A stretch of 53,780 nucleotides of DNA from an uncultured Desulfovibrio sp. (GTDB lineage: Bacteria; Desulfobacterota; Desulfovibrionia; Desulfovibrionales; Desulfovibrionaceae): assembly GCA_964633375.1 (NCBI GenBank), contig CAZWGJ010000002.1, positions 1 through 53,780 of the forward strand, read 5' to 3'. How positions within the stretch are numbered: position 1 is the first letter of the stretch; the number at the start of each line of letters is the position of its first letter. The notes below the pieces were generated by a model that had not been told where the DNA came from, did no database searches, and saw nothing but the letters and a program-made list of their open reading frames with translations. The position numbers were made by a program, and so were the translations under genes. This document shows, piece by piece, positions 10,122-22,205 of the stretch.

Positions 10122-11779
10122 GAGGCGCCTCCCTTGCCGTCCCCGCCTTTCTTCTGGTTCAGGATGGCCAGCATCAGGGAAAGAACCTTGGCTTTATTGC
10201 CAGTGAAGTCAAGCAGCTTCATGCGCTCATGGAACTTGCGCCTGACCTTGGCGTCCAGCATGGAGACAAAGCTGCGCCTGATTTCCTCGTCGCGGATGGT
10301 GTCCATCAGCCCTAAGAAGACAAAGCCGTTGGCGGTCCTGGCAAAGGAGTGCCTCAGTTCCCTCTCGTGCGTTGCCAGCACGATGGAGGGCACCCGCATG
10401 TGGGCCAGCTCGTAGGTGGTGCGCCCGGCTGCACAGAGGCAGACGTCGGCACCTTCCATCTGGCTGCTCATCACATTGGTGGCCCAGGTAAAGCTGATGT
10501 CTTTGCTGCCCAGCTCGCGCACGTAGCGCTCCATCTCGTACCTGTGCACATAGCCCGGGCCTGCCACCACGCGGATGGCTATGCCGCGCTCACGGCAGAT
10601 GGGCCAGACTATGTCAAGGCAGCGCCTGGTGCAGTCGCGCTGGTCTGTCCCGCCAAAGCTGATGAGCACAGTCTTGACCTCTTCCCTGAACTCGTTGCGC
10701 TCAGCTTCCAGAAATTCATCGCGCAGGCAGAACCAGTCGGGGCCGCAGAGGCAGCGCTCGGTTGAAAGGGAGGCGTCGTAGACTGCGTTGATGACAAGAT
10801 CTGCCAGGTCTGCGCCCTCGCCCTCGTCCTCAAAGTTGATGCAGGGGATGCCGCGCCCTTTCAGCGCCTTCATGTAGTCGGCGTCGGTGTTGAGGATGTC
10901 GTTGACCACCAGATCGGGCTTCAGCTTGAGCACCGTCTCTGCCAGGTCTTCATCGCCCTGTCTTGTGCTGTGGTAGTCCCTTCTGGCTATGCTCTCCACA
11001 GCCAGCTCAGACTCGCGCGTGCAGACAAAGGAAATCTTGTGGTTCATGATCTCATGCGCCAGCATCAATGCCCTGTAGATGTGCCCCATGCCTATGGCAG
11101 GCCAGCCGGCGACGACAAAGACGATGTGCCGGCGGCGCAGAAGATGCTCGCAGATCCACCAGTCCTGGTAGGACTGGATCTCTATGGCCCTGTCGTTGAG
11201 GAAGTAGGGGACGACATTGTGCATGCGGGCCATGCGTCCGGTCGCCATGGCCCGCATCAAGGCTTCCGAGCGCAGGATGATGAGGGCCCTGCTCTCAACC
11301 ACGACCTCGCGCTCGCCAAGCTCTTCATCAAGAAGCTGGGCCAGGTTGCGGCCCTGCACGCTCCACACCCGCTGCTGGACGCTCTTGACTGTGACCAGGC
11401 TGTCAGCGTCGCTGTCAAGGTACTTATTCCAGGCGTCCTCCACGTCATCTGCGGTGATGAGGGGGCAGGAGGCCCGCAATATTATGCAGTGCTCGTACTC
11501 CTTGGCCAGCTCGCCCAAGAGATCCCGCATTTCGGCGACGATGTTGAGGGAGCGGAAGCAGAAATCACTGTTGTAGCGGTGCCTGACGCCGTGCCGCTCG
11601 CAGATGAGCGTGCTCTCCTGGCTGTCTGTGAGCACATAGATGTCATCATTGTCTGCCAGGGCCTTGGCCGTGGCGACGGCACGCTCCAGCAAAGTCACCC
11701 CTGCCAGTTTCTTGACCAGCTGATCCGGGATGGCCGCATTCTTCTTGATGGCAGGTATAACGACACAGCGCTTTCGCAT
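10109..11779 (-). CDS. Fusion of a NeuA-like cytidylyltransferase-fold domain and a PseG/SpsG-like GT-B domain
   Basis: N-terminal VIPAIKK...LAGVTLLERAV and AIEIQSYQDW. C-terminal IGMGHIYRALMLA, VLISFGGTD and AAGRTTYELA. Confidence 0.8.
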   Translation of the reverse strand: MRKRCVVIPAIKKNAAIPDQLVKKLAGVTLLERAVATAKALADNDDIYVLTDSQESTLICERHGVRHRYNSDFCFRSLNIVAEMRDLLGELAKEYEHCIILRASCPLITADDVEDAWNKYLDSDADSLVTVKSVQQRVWSVQGRNLAQLLDEELGEREVVVESRALIILRSEALMRAMATGRMARMHNVVPYFLNDRAIEIQSYQDWWICEHLLRRRHIVFVVAGWPAIGMGHIYRALMLAHEIMNHKISFVCTRESELAVESIARRDYHSTRQGDEDLAETVLKLKPDLVVNDILNTDADYMKALKGRGIPCINFEDEGEGADLADLVINAVYDASLSTERCLCGPDWFCLRDEFLEAERNEFREEVKTVLISFGGTDQRDCTRRCLDIVWPICRERGIAIRVVAGPGYVHRYEMERYVRELGSKDISFTWATNVMSSQMEGADVCLCAAGRTTYELAHMRVPSIVLATHERELRHSFARTANGFVFLGLMDTIRDEEIRRSFVSMLDAKVRRKFHERMKLLDFTGNKAKVLSLMLAILNQKKGGDGKGGASCGL

Positions 11780-11803
11780 ACAAACTCCCCTGTCTGCACT
11801 TCC

Positions 11804-13018
11804 CTATCTTTTCCCGAATAGCTGCGCCAGCGTCAGGCGCGTCCTCTCCAGCATATAGGAAAAGTCCTCATCGCTCATCCAAGCCTGAAAGGGAAAAGAG
11901 ACCATAGTGTCAAAGAAACGGTCGCCGTTGGGGCAGTCAGCCTCAGACAATCCCTGTTTACGGTAATAGTCATAGCGGTTCAATGGCAAATACTGCACAG
12001 CGCACTGAATGCCGTGCTCCTCAAACATAGTGCGCATGAAGGCGTCGCGCACCTCGGTCCCAGCCGTAAGACAGGCTGCCAGAAGATGGTAGTTGTGGCG
12101 GCGCGTGGGCTCGCGCAGGAACACCAGCTCCGGATAGTCGGCAAGAGCATCGATAAAGGCCAGGGCGCGCGTCCTCTTTGCCTCGTTGATGGCGTCTATG
12201 CGCTCCAGGAGCCTGCAGCCAAGGGCGCATTCCACCTCGCCCAAACAGTAGTTGGCAGGCTGCAGCAGCCTCTTGCCAAGATGCGGCACATCGACATTGC
12301 CCATGGCAGGCTTCCAGTAGTCCTTTCTTGGAAACTCAAAGCTGCAGTGCCCGTTGTGGCGCAGCATGGGGACAAGCTGCTGCTTTTCCCTGTCCCGCAC
12401 ATAGAGCATGCCGCCTTCGCCAAGGGTGGTCAGGTTCTTGTGGGAATGGAAGGAAAAAATGGCCATGTCCCCGAAGGAGCCCGCCTTCCTGCCTTCAAAC
12501 TCGCTTCCTATGGCCTGGGCTGCGTCCTCAATGAGCAGCATGCCCTTCTCCCTGCACAAGGCGGCAAGCGAGGGCATGTCGGCGCAGTAGCCGTAGAGAT
12601 GGACGGCGACGACCGCCTTTGTCCTGGGCGTCACAGCCTTCGACACCGTCTCGGCGTCCACGACGTGGGTGCACTCATTGACGTCGCACCAGACAAGGGA
12701 GGCTCCGGCCTTGAGGAAGGGATAGGCGGAGGAGGTGAAGGTGTGCGAGGGGACTATGACCTCGTCGCCTGGCTTCAAATCGCAGAGGGCTGCGCACAAT
12801 TCCAGGGCGCAGGTCCCGTTGGACACGGCAAAGCAGCTGCCTGGCTCTACGCCCTGGTAGCGGGCAAAGGCTGCTTCAAATTCCTGCAGACGGCGCCCCT
12901 GGGTCAAATTTTCGCAGGAGCGCATGCACTCTGCCACGACGGCAATTTCTTCTTCCGTGTAGCGTATTGAACGTCCGCTGAAGGGAATGCGGCACTCCAT
13001 ACAGTTCTCCCCTGCCAT
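11804..13018 (-). CDS. DegT/DnrJ/EryC1/StrS family PLP-dependent sugar aminotransferase
   Basis: AVSNGT, GDEVIVPSHTF, VHLYG, IEDAAQAIG and FSFHSHKNLTTLGEGG (PLP lysine). Confidence 0.93.
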   Translation of the reverse strand: MAGENCMECRIPFSGRSIRYTEEEIAVVAECMRSCENLTQGRRLQEFEAAFARYQGVEPGSCFAVSNGTCALELCAALCDLKPGDEVIVPSHTFTSSAYPFLKAGASLVWCDVNECTHVVDAETVSKAVTPRTKAVVAVHLYGYCADMPSLAALCREKGMLLIEDAAQAIGSEFEGRKAGSFGDMAIFSFHSHKNLTTLGEGGMLYVRDREKQQLVPMLRHNGHCSFEFPRKDYWKPAMGNVDVPHLGKRLLQPANYCLGEVECALGCRLLERIDAINEAKRTRALAFIDALADYPELVFLREPTRRHNYHLLAACLTAGTEVRDAFMRTMFEEHGIQCAVQYLPLNRYDYYRKQGLSEADCPNGDRFFDTMVSFPFQAWMSDEDFSYMLERTRLTLAQLFGKR

Positions 13019-13056
13019 CCGCCTTTTCTGCCCTGTCCTTGCACGTGCGCCTTAAT

Positions 13057-14139
13057 TTACAGGCGCCCGAAACGCTGCCTGACGTTCTCATAGGTCAGGA
13101 TGCTTCTGTACTCAAGGCCAAGGGCGTTGGTCAGCGGCTTTTCATGCACTATGGAGCCTTCATACATCTGCCTGAAGGCGTCCTCATCAAGGCCTGCGCA
13201 GATGTTCTTGGGCAGGGATACGCCCTGCTTTGCCATCATGCCCATGACCTCGGCATGCTGCTTGGGATAGATGTCCTGACAGACAGACAGCGCCAGGCAG
13301 TTTGCCAGGCCGTGGCGCAGGTGCAGCACCATGGAGAGCCCTGCGCTCAAAGGATGCACCACGCCCACAAAGCCGGCTGCCATGCCGCCCATGTAGGAGG
13401 CTATCATCAGCTTTTCACGGCACTCGGGCTGCATCATGTCCTTGGCCGAGAAGACCTCGCGGCAGAGGGCGATGGCCTTCTCGGCCAGGGCGTCCACCAC
13501 CACGTTCCGGTAGGAGCCGGTCAGGCTTTCAAAGCAGTGCATGTACGTGTCGATGCCCGTAAAGAAGTACTGGTCCCTTGGCACTGTCTGCAGAAGATCA
13601 GGGTCGAGCACAAGCTGGTCGAACATGCTGTAGTCGCTGTTCATGCCAAGCTTGATGTTCTTCTTCTCATTGCAGAGCACGCCGGTGCGCGAGGATTCAG
13701 ATCCGGTTCCCGACAAGGTGGGGCAGCCGATTTTATAGGGGGCTGGACGGCGGACCAGCTCCCAGCCCTGATAGTCCTCCGCAAATCCTGGATTTGTCAG
13801 CAGGTTGGCGGTGCACTTGCAGGTGTCCATGGTGGAGCCGCCGCCAAAGGCCAGCATGGCGCAGGGCGTCCTGCCGTCAAGCTCACGGCGCACCCTTGCT
13901 GTGCAGGCATCCACGCCGTCCGTCGTCGGCTCCTGCGCCGTATCGACGTAGACAACGACGTCTTCTGAGGCAACAGGCAGGCGGGCTGCCAGCTCGCCTG
14001 TCTTGAAAAAGTGGTCAAAGAACCAGACGCAGGGGGCGCCCTGTGCTTTAAGCGGGGCAAGAACCCCACCCAGCTGCGAGACGGCTCCCCTGCCAATCAT
14101 GACATGGCCGACGTTTTTGGTATTGCGGTAGTCCGTCAT
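13057..14139 (-). CDS. Iron-containing alcohol dehydrogenase family, KdnB-like (Kdo 8-oxidase-like)
   Basis: EPTT, GGGSTMD, LTNPG..EDYQGWELV, PTLSGTGSESSRT, KLGMNSDYSMFDQ, and D/H/H/H metal ligands. Closely resembles Shewanella KdnB as recalled. Confidence 0.85.
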   Translation of the reverse strand: MTDYRNTKNVGHVMIGRGAVSQLGGVLAPLKAQGAPCVWFFDHFFKTGELAARLPVASEDVVVYVDTAQEPTTDGVDACTARVRRELDGRTPCAMLAFGGGSTMDTCKCTANLLTNPGFAEDYQGWELVRRPAPYKIGCPTLSGTGSESSRTGVLCNEKKNIKLGMNSDYSMFDQLVLDPDLLQTVPRDQYFFTGIDTYMHCFESLTGSYRNVVVDALAEKAIALCREVFSAKDMMQPECREKLMIASYMGGMAAGFVGVVHPLSAGLSMVLHLRHGLANCLALSVCQDIYPKQHAEVMGMMAKQGVSLPKNICAGLDEDAFRQMYEGSIVHEKPLTNALGLEYRSILTYENVRQRFGRL

Positions 14140-14155
14140 GCCTGTTCCCCTTTCC

Positions 14156-15022
14156 TTAAGGCTGCATCCCTGTACGGCGCTTCCAGGAGGCAAGCGTGTT
14201 CTTCAGCAGCATGGCTATGGTCATGGGGCCTACGCCGCCTGGCACAGGCGTGATGGCCTTGGCCTTTTGGGAGACGGAAGCAAAATCCACGTCCCCGCAC
14301 AGTCCGTGCTCCGTCCTGTTGATGCCCACGTCAATGACCACGGCGCCTTCCTTGACCATGTCTTCCTTGATGAAGTTGGGGCGGCCTATGGCTGCAAAAA
14401 GAAAATCTGCCTCGCGGCAGACATCGGCAAGATCCGGCGTCTTGGAGTGGCAGACCGTAACCGTGGCATCCCCGTAGGCTCCGCGGCGCTGCAAAAGCAT
14501 GGCAAGCGGCTTGCCGACAATGTTGGAGCGCCCGACAACGACGGCGCGCTTTCCCTGGGGGGAGAGCTTGTAGCGGCGCAGAAGCTCGATGCAGCCGGCA
14601 GGCGTGCAGGAGACAAGGCCCGGCAGGCCAATGGAAAGGCGGCCCACATTTTCAGGATGAAAGCCGTCCACATCCTTTTCCGGGCTTATGGCCAGAAGGC
14701 ACTTGCCGGCGTCCAGCCCCTTGGGCAGGGGCAGCTGCAGCAATATGCCGTCCACTGCGTCGTCGTCGTTCAGGGCTGCGATAAGGTCCAGCAGCACCCC
14801 TTCGGTTGAATCAGCGGGGAGGCGGTGGGCAAAGGAAACGATGCCCACCTCTCCGCAGGCCTTTTCCTTGTTCCGCACATAGACCTGCGAGGCCGGATCC
14901 TCTCCGACCAAAAGGACAGCCAGGCCGGGAGCACGCACGCCTTTGGCCACGGCGCTCTCAACTTCAGCACGCACCTCGGCGCGCACTTCCTGCGCTATCT
15001 TTTTTCCATCAATCAGCAACAT
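14156..15022 (-). CDS. folD: Methylenetetrahydrofolate dehydrogenase/cyclohydrolase
   Basis: [38 protein letters not shown] and [11 protein letters not shown]. Confidence 0.97.
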   Translation of the reverse strand: MLLIDGKKIAQEVRAEVRAEVESAVAKGVRAPGLAVLLVGEDPASQVYVRNKEKACGEVGIVSFAHRLPADSTEGVLLDLIAALNDDDAVDGILLQLPLPKGLDAGKCLLAISPEKDVDGFHPENVGRLSIGLPGLVSCTPAGCIELLRRYKLSPQGKRAVVVGRSNIVGKPLAMLLQRRGAYGDATVTVCHSKTPDLADVCREADFLFAAIGRPNFIKEDMVKEGAVVIDVGINRTEHGLCGDVDFASVSQKAKAITPVPGGVGPMTIAMLLKNTLASWKRRTGMQP

Positions 15023-15106
15023 ACTTCTTCCATACAGGAGGGGAAGCGTTGCCCTCCCCTCCTCTCAAAACAGACCTCTTATCCTAAGGATAAGGAATTC
15101 TTACTT

Positions 15107-16471
<1,365 letters not shown>

Positions 16472-16498
16472 TCAGCAAAAAATCAATAGTATCGGCAG

Positions 16499-17329
16499 CT
16501 AAAAGATAGAAGCAGGGCTGTCCGTGTCCTGCTGCAGAGGGACCACCATGGCGGCTTTCTTCTGTCCGCAGAGCAGGGCAAGCCCCTGCAGGACAAGCCC
16601 CTTGTCCACCTTTTCAAGCTCGGGGCAGTGCCTGGCAAAAAGCGGGGCAAGCCCGCCTGTGCCGATCACGGTGCAGGGGGAAGCCAGCTGCCTTTTCAGC
16701 CTGGCAACCAATCCCTCGACCATGCTGGCAAAGCCGAACAGAACGCCCCTGCGTATGCAGGAAGCCGTATCCCTTCCGGGATAGAGGACGGCCTCCTCTT
16801 CTTCCAGGCTGACGGCCGGAAGCTTGGCAGTAGCCCCTGCAAGTGAAGACAGGGCCGTCATGGGACCTGGGAAAATCAGCCCGCCCAGGAAGGCATTGTC
16901 CTGCACGCAGTCAAAGGTGGCGGCAGTCCCGAAGTCAATGACGATGAGCGCGGGGGACTCAGGATACAGCCTTCTGGCAGCCCAGGCTGAAAGAAGGCGG
17001 TCTGCGCCAAGCTTTTCCGGAGCCTCGTACCTGTTCTCCAAAGGGACGGGCAGGTCAGCCGGGGCAAAGCGCACAGGCAGCCCCAGGCTTTCCATGGCGC
17101 CTCGGACAAGCTCGTCCATGGCAGGGACCACGGAGCAGACGGCGCAGGCAGAGCAGGAATCCTTGCCAAGGCCTGCCTTGGCAAGCAGGCCTTCGACAAG
17201 CTGCCCCAGCTGCCCGGCTGTCATGCGGCAGTCCGTCGGAAGAGAGCAGGCTTTTATGGTCTGGCCCGAAAAAAAGCCCACCTTCATGGCGGTATTGCCC
17301 ACATCAACAAGGATAAGACTGTCTGACAA
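16499..17329 (-). CDS. coaX: Type III pantothenate kinase
   Basis: DVGNT, CSVVP, LGADR, IDFGTAATFD and GGLIFPG. Probable TTG start after GGAGGG, alternative ATG at 17341. Confidence 0.92.
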   Translation of the reverse strand: MSDSLILVDVGNTAMKVGFFSGQTIKACSLPTDCRMTAGQLGQLVEGLLAKAGLGKDSCSACAVCSVVPAMDELVRGAMESLGLPVRFAPADLPVPLENRYEAPEKLGADRLLSAWAARRLYPESPALIVIDFGTAATFDCVQDNAFLGGLIFPGPMTALSSLAGATAKLPAVSLEEEEAVLYPGRDTASCIRRGVLFGFASMVEGLVARLKRQLASPCTVIGTGGLAPLFARHCPELEKVDKGLVLQGLALLCGQKKAAMVVPLQQDTDSPASIF

Positions 17330-17358
17330 GACTCCCTCCATAATAGTTGGGTGGATAG

Positions 17359-18699
<1,341 letters not shown>

Positions 18700-18835
18700 T
18701 CCTTCCCATCTCAAAATCTGTTGTGATTATGTATCGGCGCCATGACTGCTTGTTAGGAAATGGCGCCTTTTCAGCGTATAGTTGCCAAAAGTAACTTTTA
18801 CTTCATCCTGGCCGGCTGCATGAGGGTGTCCGCCT

Positions 18836-19807
18836 GTGAGCTTCCGTACCTTCCTTATCTGCACAGGCACTCTGCTCATCCTTTTTTTGGGCATGTACAC
18901 CTGGAACCGCACTACAGGTGTTCTGGATGATGTTGCCAGCGAAATCGGGCTGGAGGCTGGAGGCGCAGTCCTGTCCCCCTTCCGCCAGATCCAGGCTAGC
19001 ATAGAAGGGCTTTGGTACGACTACATCGACCTGCGCTCCGTGCGCCAGGAAAACAAGAAGCTGGCGGCGCAGGTGCATGAACTGGAAGCCCAGGTCCTCA
19101 CCCACCGCGAGGATCTCTCTGAGCTCAGGCGCCTCCGCGACCTTTTGAAGCTTCCCACAGATGTTTCCTGGCAGCCTGTCGGCGCCCGCGTCCTTGCCGG
19201 ACGCATAAGCCCCAATTCCAGGCTTTCCAGCTTTACCATCAACCGCGGCTACACAAACGGCGCCACGCCCGGCACGCCCGTCGTGACCAACAAGGGGCTG
19301 CTTGGCAGGGTCCAGCGCGCCTCGGCGCACACTGCCACCGTCTTTCTGCTCACAAACCCCTTGAGCCGCATCGCCATCTTCACCCAGAAGACGCGCTCTT
19401 CAGGCATCCTCACCGGCAACGGCCCCAACAATGCCCTCGAGGCGCTCTACGTCAGCCGCGACACCAAGGCTGAAGTAGGGGAAATTCTGATCACCTCAGG
19501 CCTGGACGGCAAGTTCCCCAAGGGAATACCCATTGCCACCATCACCTCCATCAGGCCCTCCAGCCACAATGAGTTTATGACCATTCTGGCAGAGCCTCTG
19601 GCGGACTTGGCGCACATAGAAGAAGTGCTCCTGCTGGAGCCCACAGGCGTGGCGCAGCCCCTCAACCTGGACACCAGGCCCGACTTTGTGGGGCCCCTGC
19701 TTCCCGACTTCATGACCAGAGGGACGGCTGCAGGCAGACAGAACCAGGCTCCCCAGCAGGGCGGCCAGACGGGGCAGCCCAGCCAGCCAGACCAGTCTGC
19801 CGACTAA
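18836..19807 (+). CDS. mreC: Rod shape-determining protein MreC
   Basis: N-terminal TM, coiled coil (ENKKL), TSGLDGKFPKGIPI, directly after mreB. Confidence 0.93.
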   Translation: MSFRTFLICTGTLLILFLGMYTWNRTTGVLDDVASEIGLEAGGAVLSPFRQIQASIEGLWYDYIDLRSVRQENKKLAAQVHELEAQVLTHREDLSELRRLRDLLKLPTDVSWQPVGARVLAGRISPNSRLSSFTINRGYTNGATPGTPVVTNKGLLGRVQRASAHTATVFLLTNPLSRIAIFTQKTRSSGILTGNGPNNALEALYVSRDTKAEVGEILITSGLDGKFPKGIPIATITSIRPSSHNEFMTILAEPLADLAHIEEVLLLEPTGVAQPLNLDTRPDFVGPLLPDFMTRGTAAGRQNQAPQQGGQTGQPSQPDQSAD

Positions 19808-19827
19808 AGCCAGCCAAGCAGGACACT

Positions 19828-20301
19828 ATGAAACCATTTGCCAACACAGCCTGGTGGATAGCCTTCCTCATGCTCGGCATCATCCTGCAGGCCTATTTCC
19901 CAGGCCTGGACGCTTTGATCCTGGGCGTCCTGCTGCTCATAGAAGAGAAAAACTACCGCACGCTCGTCTGGTTTGTCCCGGCAATCATCTTCCTGCAGGA
20001 CGGCATGGGCACGCAGGCCTTCGGATCCACACTGCTCTGCGTCACGCTCTGCTATCTGCTCTATACGCTGACCAGGCGCATAGCCAGGGCCTCGCGCTAC
20101 GGCTTCTACTTCCTGCTCTCGCTCTGCATGGGCGGGGTGCGCCTTTTCCTGGACTGGCTTTTTGCAAGCTTGGAGGAGCTCCCCTACATCCCCGACCAGC
20201 TCTTGTATGAGGGATGCCTTGAGGCCGTGTATCTATTTTCAGGCTGGATTGTCCTGCGCAGGCTCCGCATACGCTGTCTGCCACAGGAGACTGAGGCATG
20301 A
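19828..20301 (+). CDS. mreD: MreD-like membrane protein
   Basis: Hydrophobic 157 aa protein between mreC and mrdA, with a QDG-type motif. Confidence 0.7.
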   Translation: MKPFANTAWWIAFLMLGIILQAYFPGLDALILGVLLLIEEKNYRTLVWFVPAIIFLQDGMGTQAFGSTLLCVTLCYLLYTLTRRIARASRYGFYFLLSLCMGGVRLFLDWLFASLEELPYIPDQLLYEGCLEAVYLFSGWIVLRRLRIRCLPQETEA

Positions 20302-22199
20302 AGCAGAAAAAAAACGAACCTCAGCCCCTCGTCCCGCAGAAGAAGCCTGAGGAATACCAGCCGCCCAAACTGGGGCTCTTCATCCTGCAGGGACTGATCA
20401 TCCTCTTTTTATCGGCCTTCACCCTGCGCTTCTACTATCTGCAGATCCTGCACGGGTCCGACTACGCAGTCCAGGCGCAGAACAACAGCTGGAGAGACAA
20501 ATACCTTTCTGCGCCCAGGGGGCGCATACTGGACTTGAGGGGGCGCATACTCGCCGACAACATCACCTCCTTTGCCCTCAGCGTGGTGCCGGACGACGTG
20601 CACGACCTGGACGCCACCCTGGCCCAGATCAGCCTCTGGACAGGCATGCCGCTCAGCAAGGTCGAGGAGCGCTACAAGCAGGCCCGCATCAAGGTGAAGT
20701 CCTTTGAACCCCTGCTCCTGGTCTCAGACCTGCATTCCGAGCTTGTCGCCCGCATCGAGTCCGAGCTGTGCAACTGGCCTGGTCTGGAAATCGTCGTCCA
20801 GAACAAGCGCAGCTACCCAGAAAAGGAGCTCTTCGCCCACATCTTAGGCTACGTCTCCATCGCCAACGAAAAGGAGCTGGCCAAGGATGACGAACTGAGC
20901 CTTGGCGACGACATCGGCAAGGCCGGCCTGGAGCTCACCATGGACAAGAAGCTGCGCGGCGCCAAGGGCGTCAGCGGCATAGAGGTGGACTCCTCAGGCC
21001 ATATGGTCAGCCGCGTCCCCAAAAAAGACCCGCAGATCGGGACGGACCTCACCCTCACTATAGACAGGGACATCCAGCAGGCCTGCTGGGACGCTTTGGG
21101 GTCCAAGGTCGGATCCATCGTGGTGATGGAGCCTGAGACAGGCAAGGTCCGGGCGCTGGTCACCGATCCTGCCTACGACAACAACCTCTTTTCCGGCGGC
21201 ATTCTGCAAAAGGACTGGGACCTTTTGCGCAACTCGCCCAAAACGCCCCTGCAGAACCGAGCCATCCAGAGCACCTATCCCCCGGGCTCCGTCTGGAAGC
21301 TCATCATGGCCGGCTGCATTCTGGAAAACGGCATCTCGCCCCAGGCGACGGTCTTCTGCGGCGGATATGCCAAGCTGGGCAAGCAGATCTTCCGCTGCTG
21401 GAAGCACTCGGGGCACGGATCGCAGACGCTTGAGCAGGCCATCATCAACTCCTGCGACGTCTACTTCTACCTTATGGCGGAAAAGCTGGGCATCAGCAGG
21501 ATATCTGCCTACATGCACGCCTGCGGCCTTGGCGCCCCAACAGGCATTGATCTCCCGGGCGAAAAGTCGGGCATTGCCCCGTCCAGGGAATGGAAGCTGA
21601 AGCGGTACAAGAAGGCGTGGACCAGGGGCGACACCTTCAACGCCTCCATCGGCCAGGGCTACACCCTGGCGACGCCGCTGCAGATCGCTGTCCAGGTGTC
21701 GGCCATATTAAACGGCGGCAAGGTCTTGAAGCCCCTCCTGCTTGAAAACGACACGCCTGTGGTCACCCACAGGGTTCCTGCCAGCCAGGCGACGCTGACC
21801 CAGATCATCAACGCCATGCGCAAGACGGCAGGCGGCGGCACAGCCCGCGTTGTGGGCAGACGCGATGCCGACATGGGCGGCAAGACGGGCACAGCCCAGG
21901 TCGTCAAGCTGGGCAAGACCAAGGCTGCCAACGACCTGCAGGCCTGGAAGCAGAAGGACCATGCCTGGATTGCCACCTGGGGGCACAAGGGCGACAAGAC
22001 CTATGTCGTCGTCGTCATGGTCGAGCACGGCGGCGGCGGCTCCTCCGTCGCAGGTCCGGTGGCTGCCAAGGTCTACAACTTCCTTTTCTCCAACCCGCGC
22101 TACTACAAAAACGACGAGCCGCCCATGCCGATCCATGGTCCGCCGCTTCCTCCGGCCATGGCGCGCCAGCGCGAAATCCAGCAGTCGAGGCTGCCATGA
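20298..22199 (+). CDS. mrdA: Penicillin-binding protein 2
   Basis: APRGRILD, YPPGSVWK (SxxK), SCD (SxN-like), GKTGTAQ and VEHGGGG. Confidence 0.96.
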   Translation: MKQKKNEPQPLVPQKKPEEYQPPKLGLFILQGLIILFLSAFTLRFYYLQILHGSDYAVQAQNNSWRDKYLSAPRGRILDLRGRILADNITSFALSVVPDDVHDLDATLAQISLWTGMPLSKVEERYKQARIKVKSFEPLLLVSDLHSELVARIESELCNWPGLEIVVQNKRSYPEKELFAHILGYVSIANEKELAKDDELSLGDDIGKAGLELTMDKKLRGAKGVSGIEVDSSGHMVSRVPKKDPQIGTDLTLTIDRDIQQACWDALGSKVGSIVVMEPETGKVRALVTDPAYDNNLFSGGILQKDWDLLRNSPKTPLQNRAIQSTYPPGSVWKLIMAGCILENGISPQATVFCGGYAKLGKQIFRCWKHSGHGSQTLEQAIINSCDVYFYLMAEKLGISRISAYMHACGLGAPTGIDLPGEKSGIAPSREWKLKRYKKAWTRGDTFNASIGQGYTLATPLQIAVQVSAILNGGKVLKPLLLENDTPVVTHRVPASQATLTQIINAMRKTAGGGTARVVGRRDADMGGKTGTAQVVKLGKTKAANDLQAWKQKDHAWIATWGHKGDKTYVVVVMVEHGGGGSSVAGPVAAKVYNFLFSNPRYYKNDEPPMPIHGPPLPPAMARQREIQQSRLP

Positions 22200-22205
22200 T
22201 CTGCC

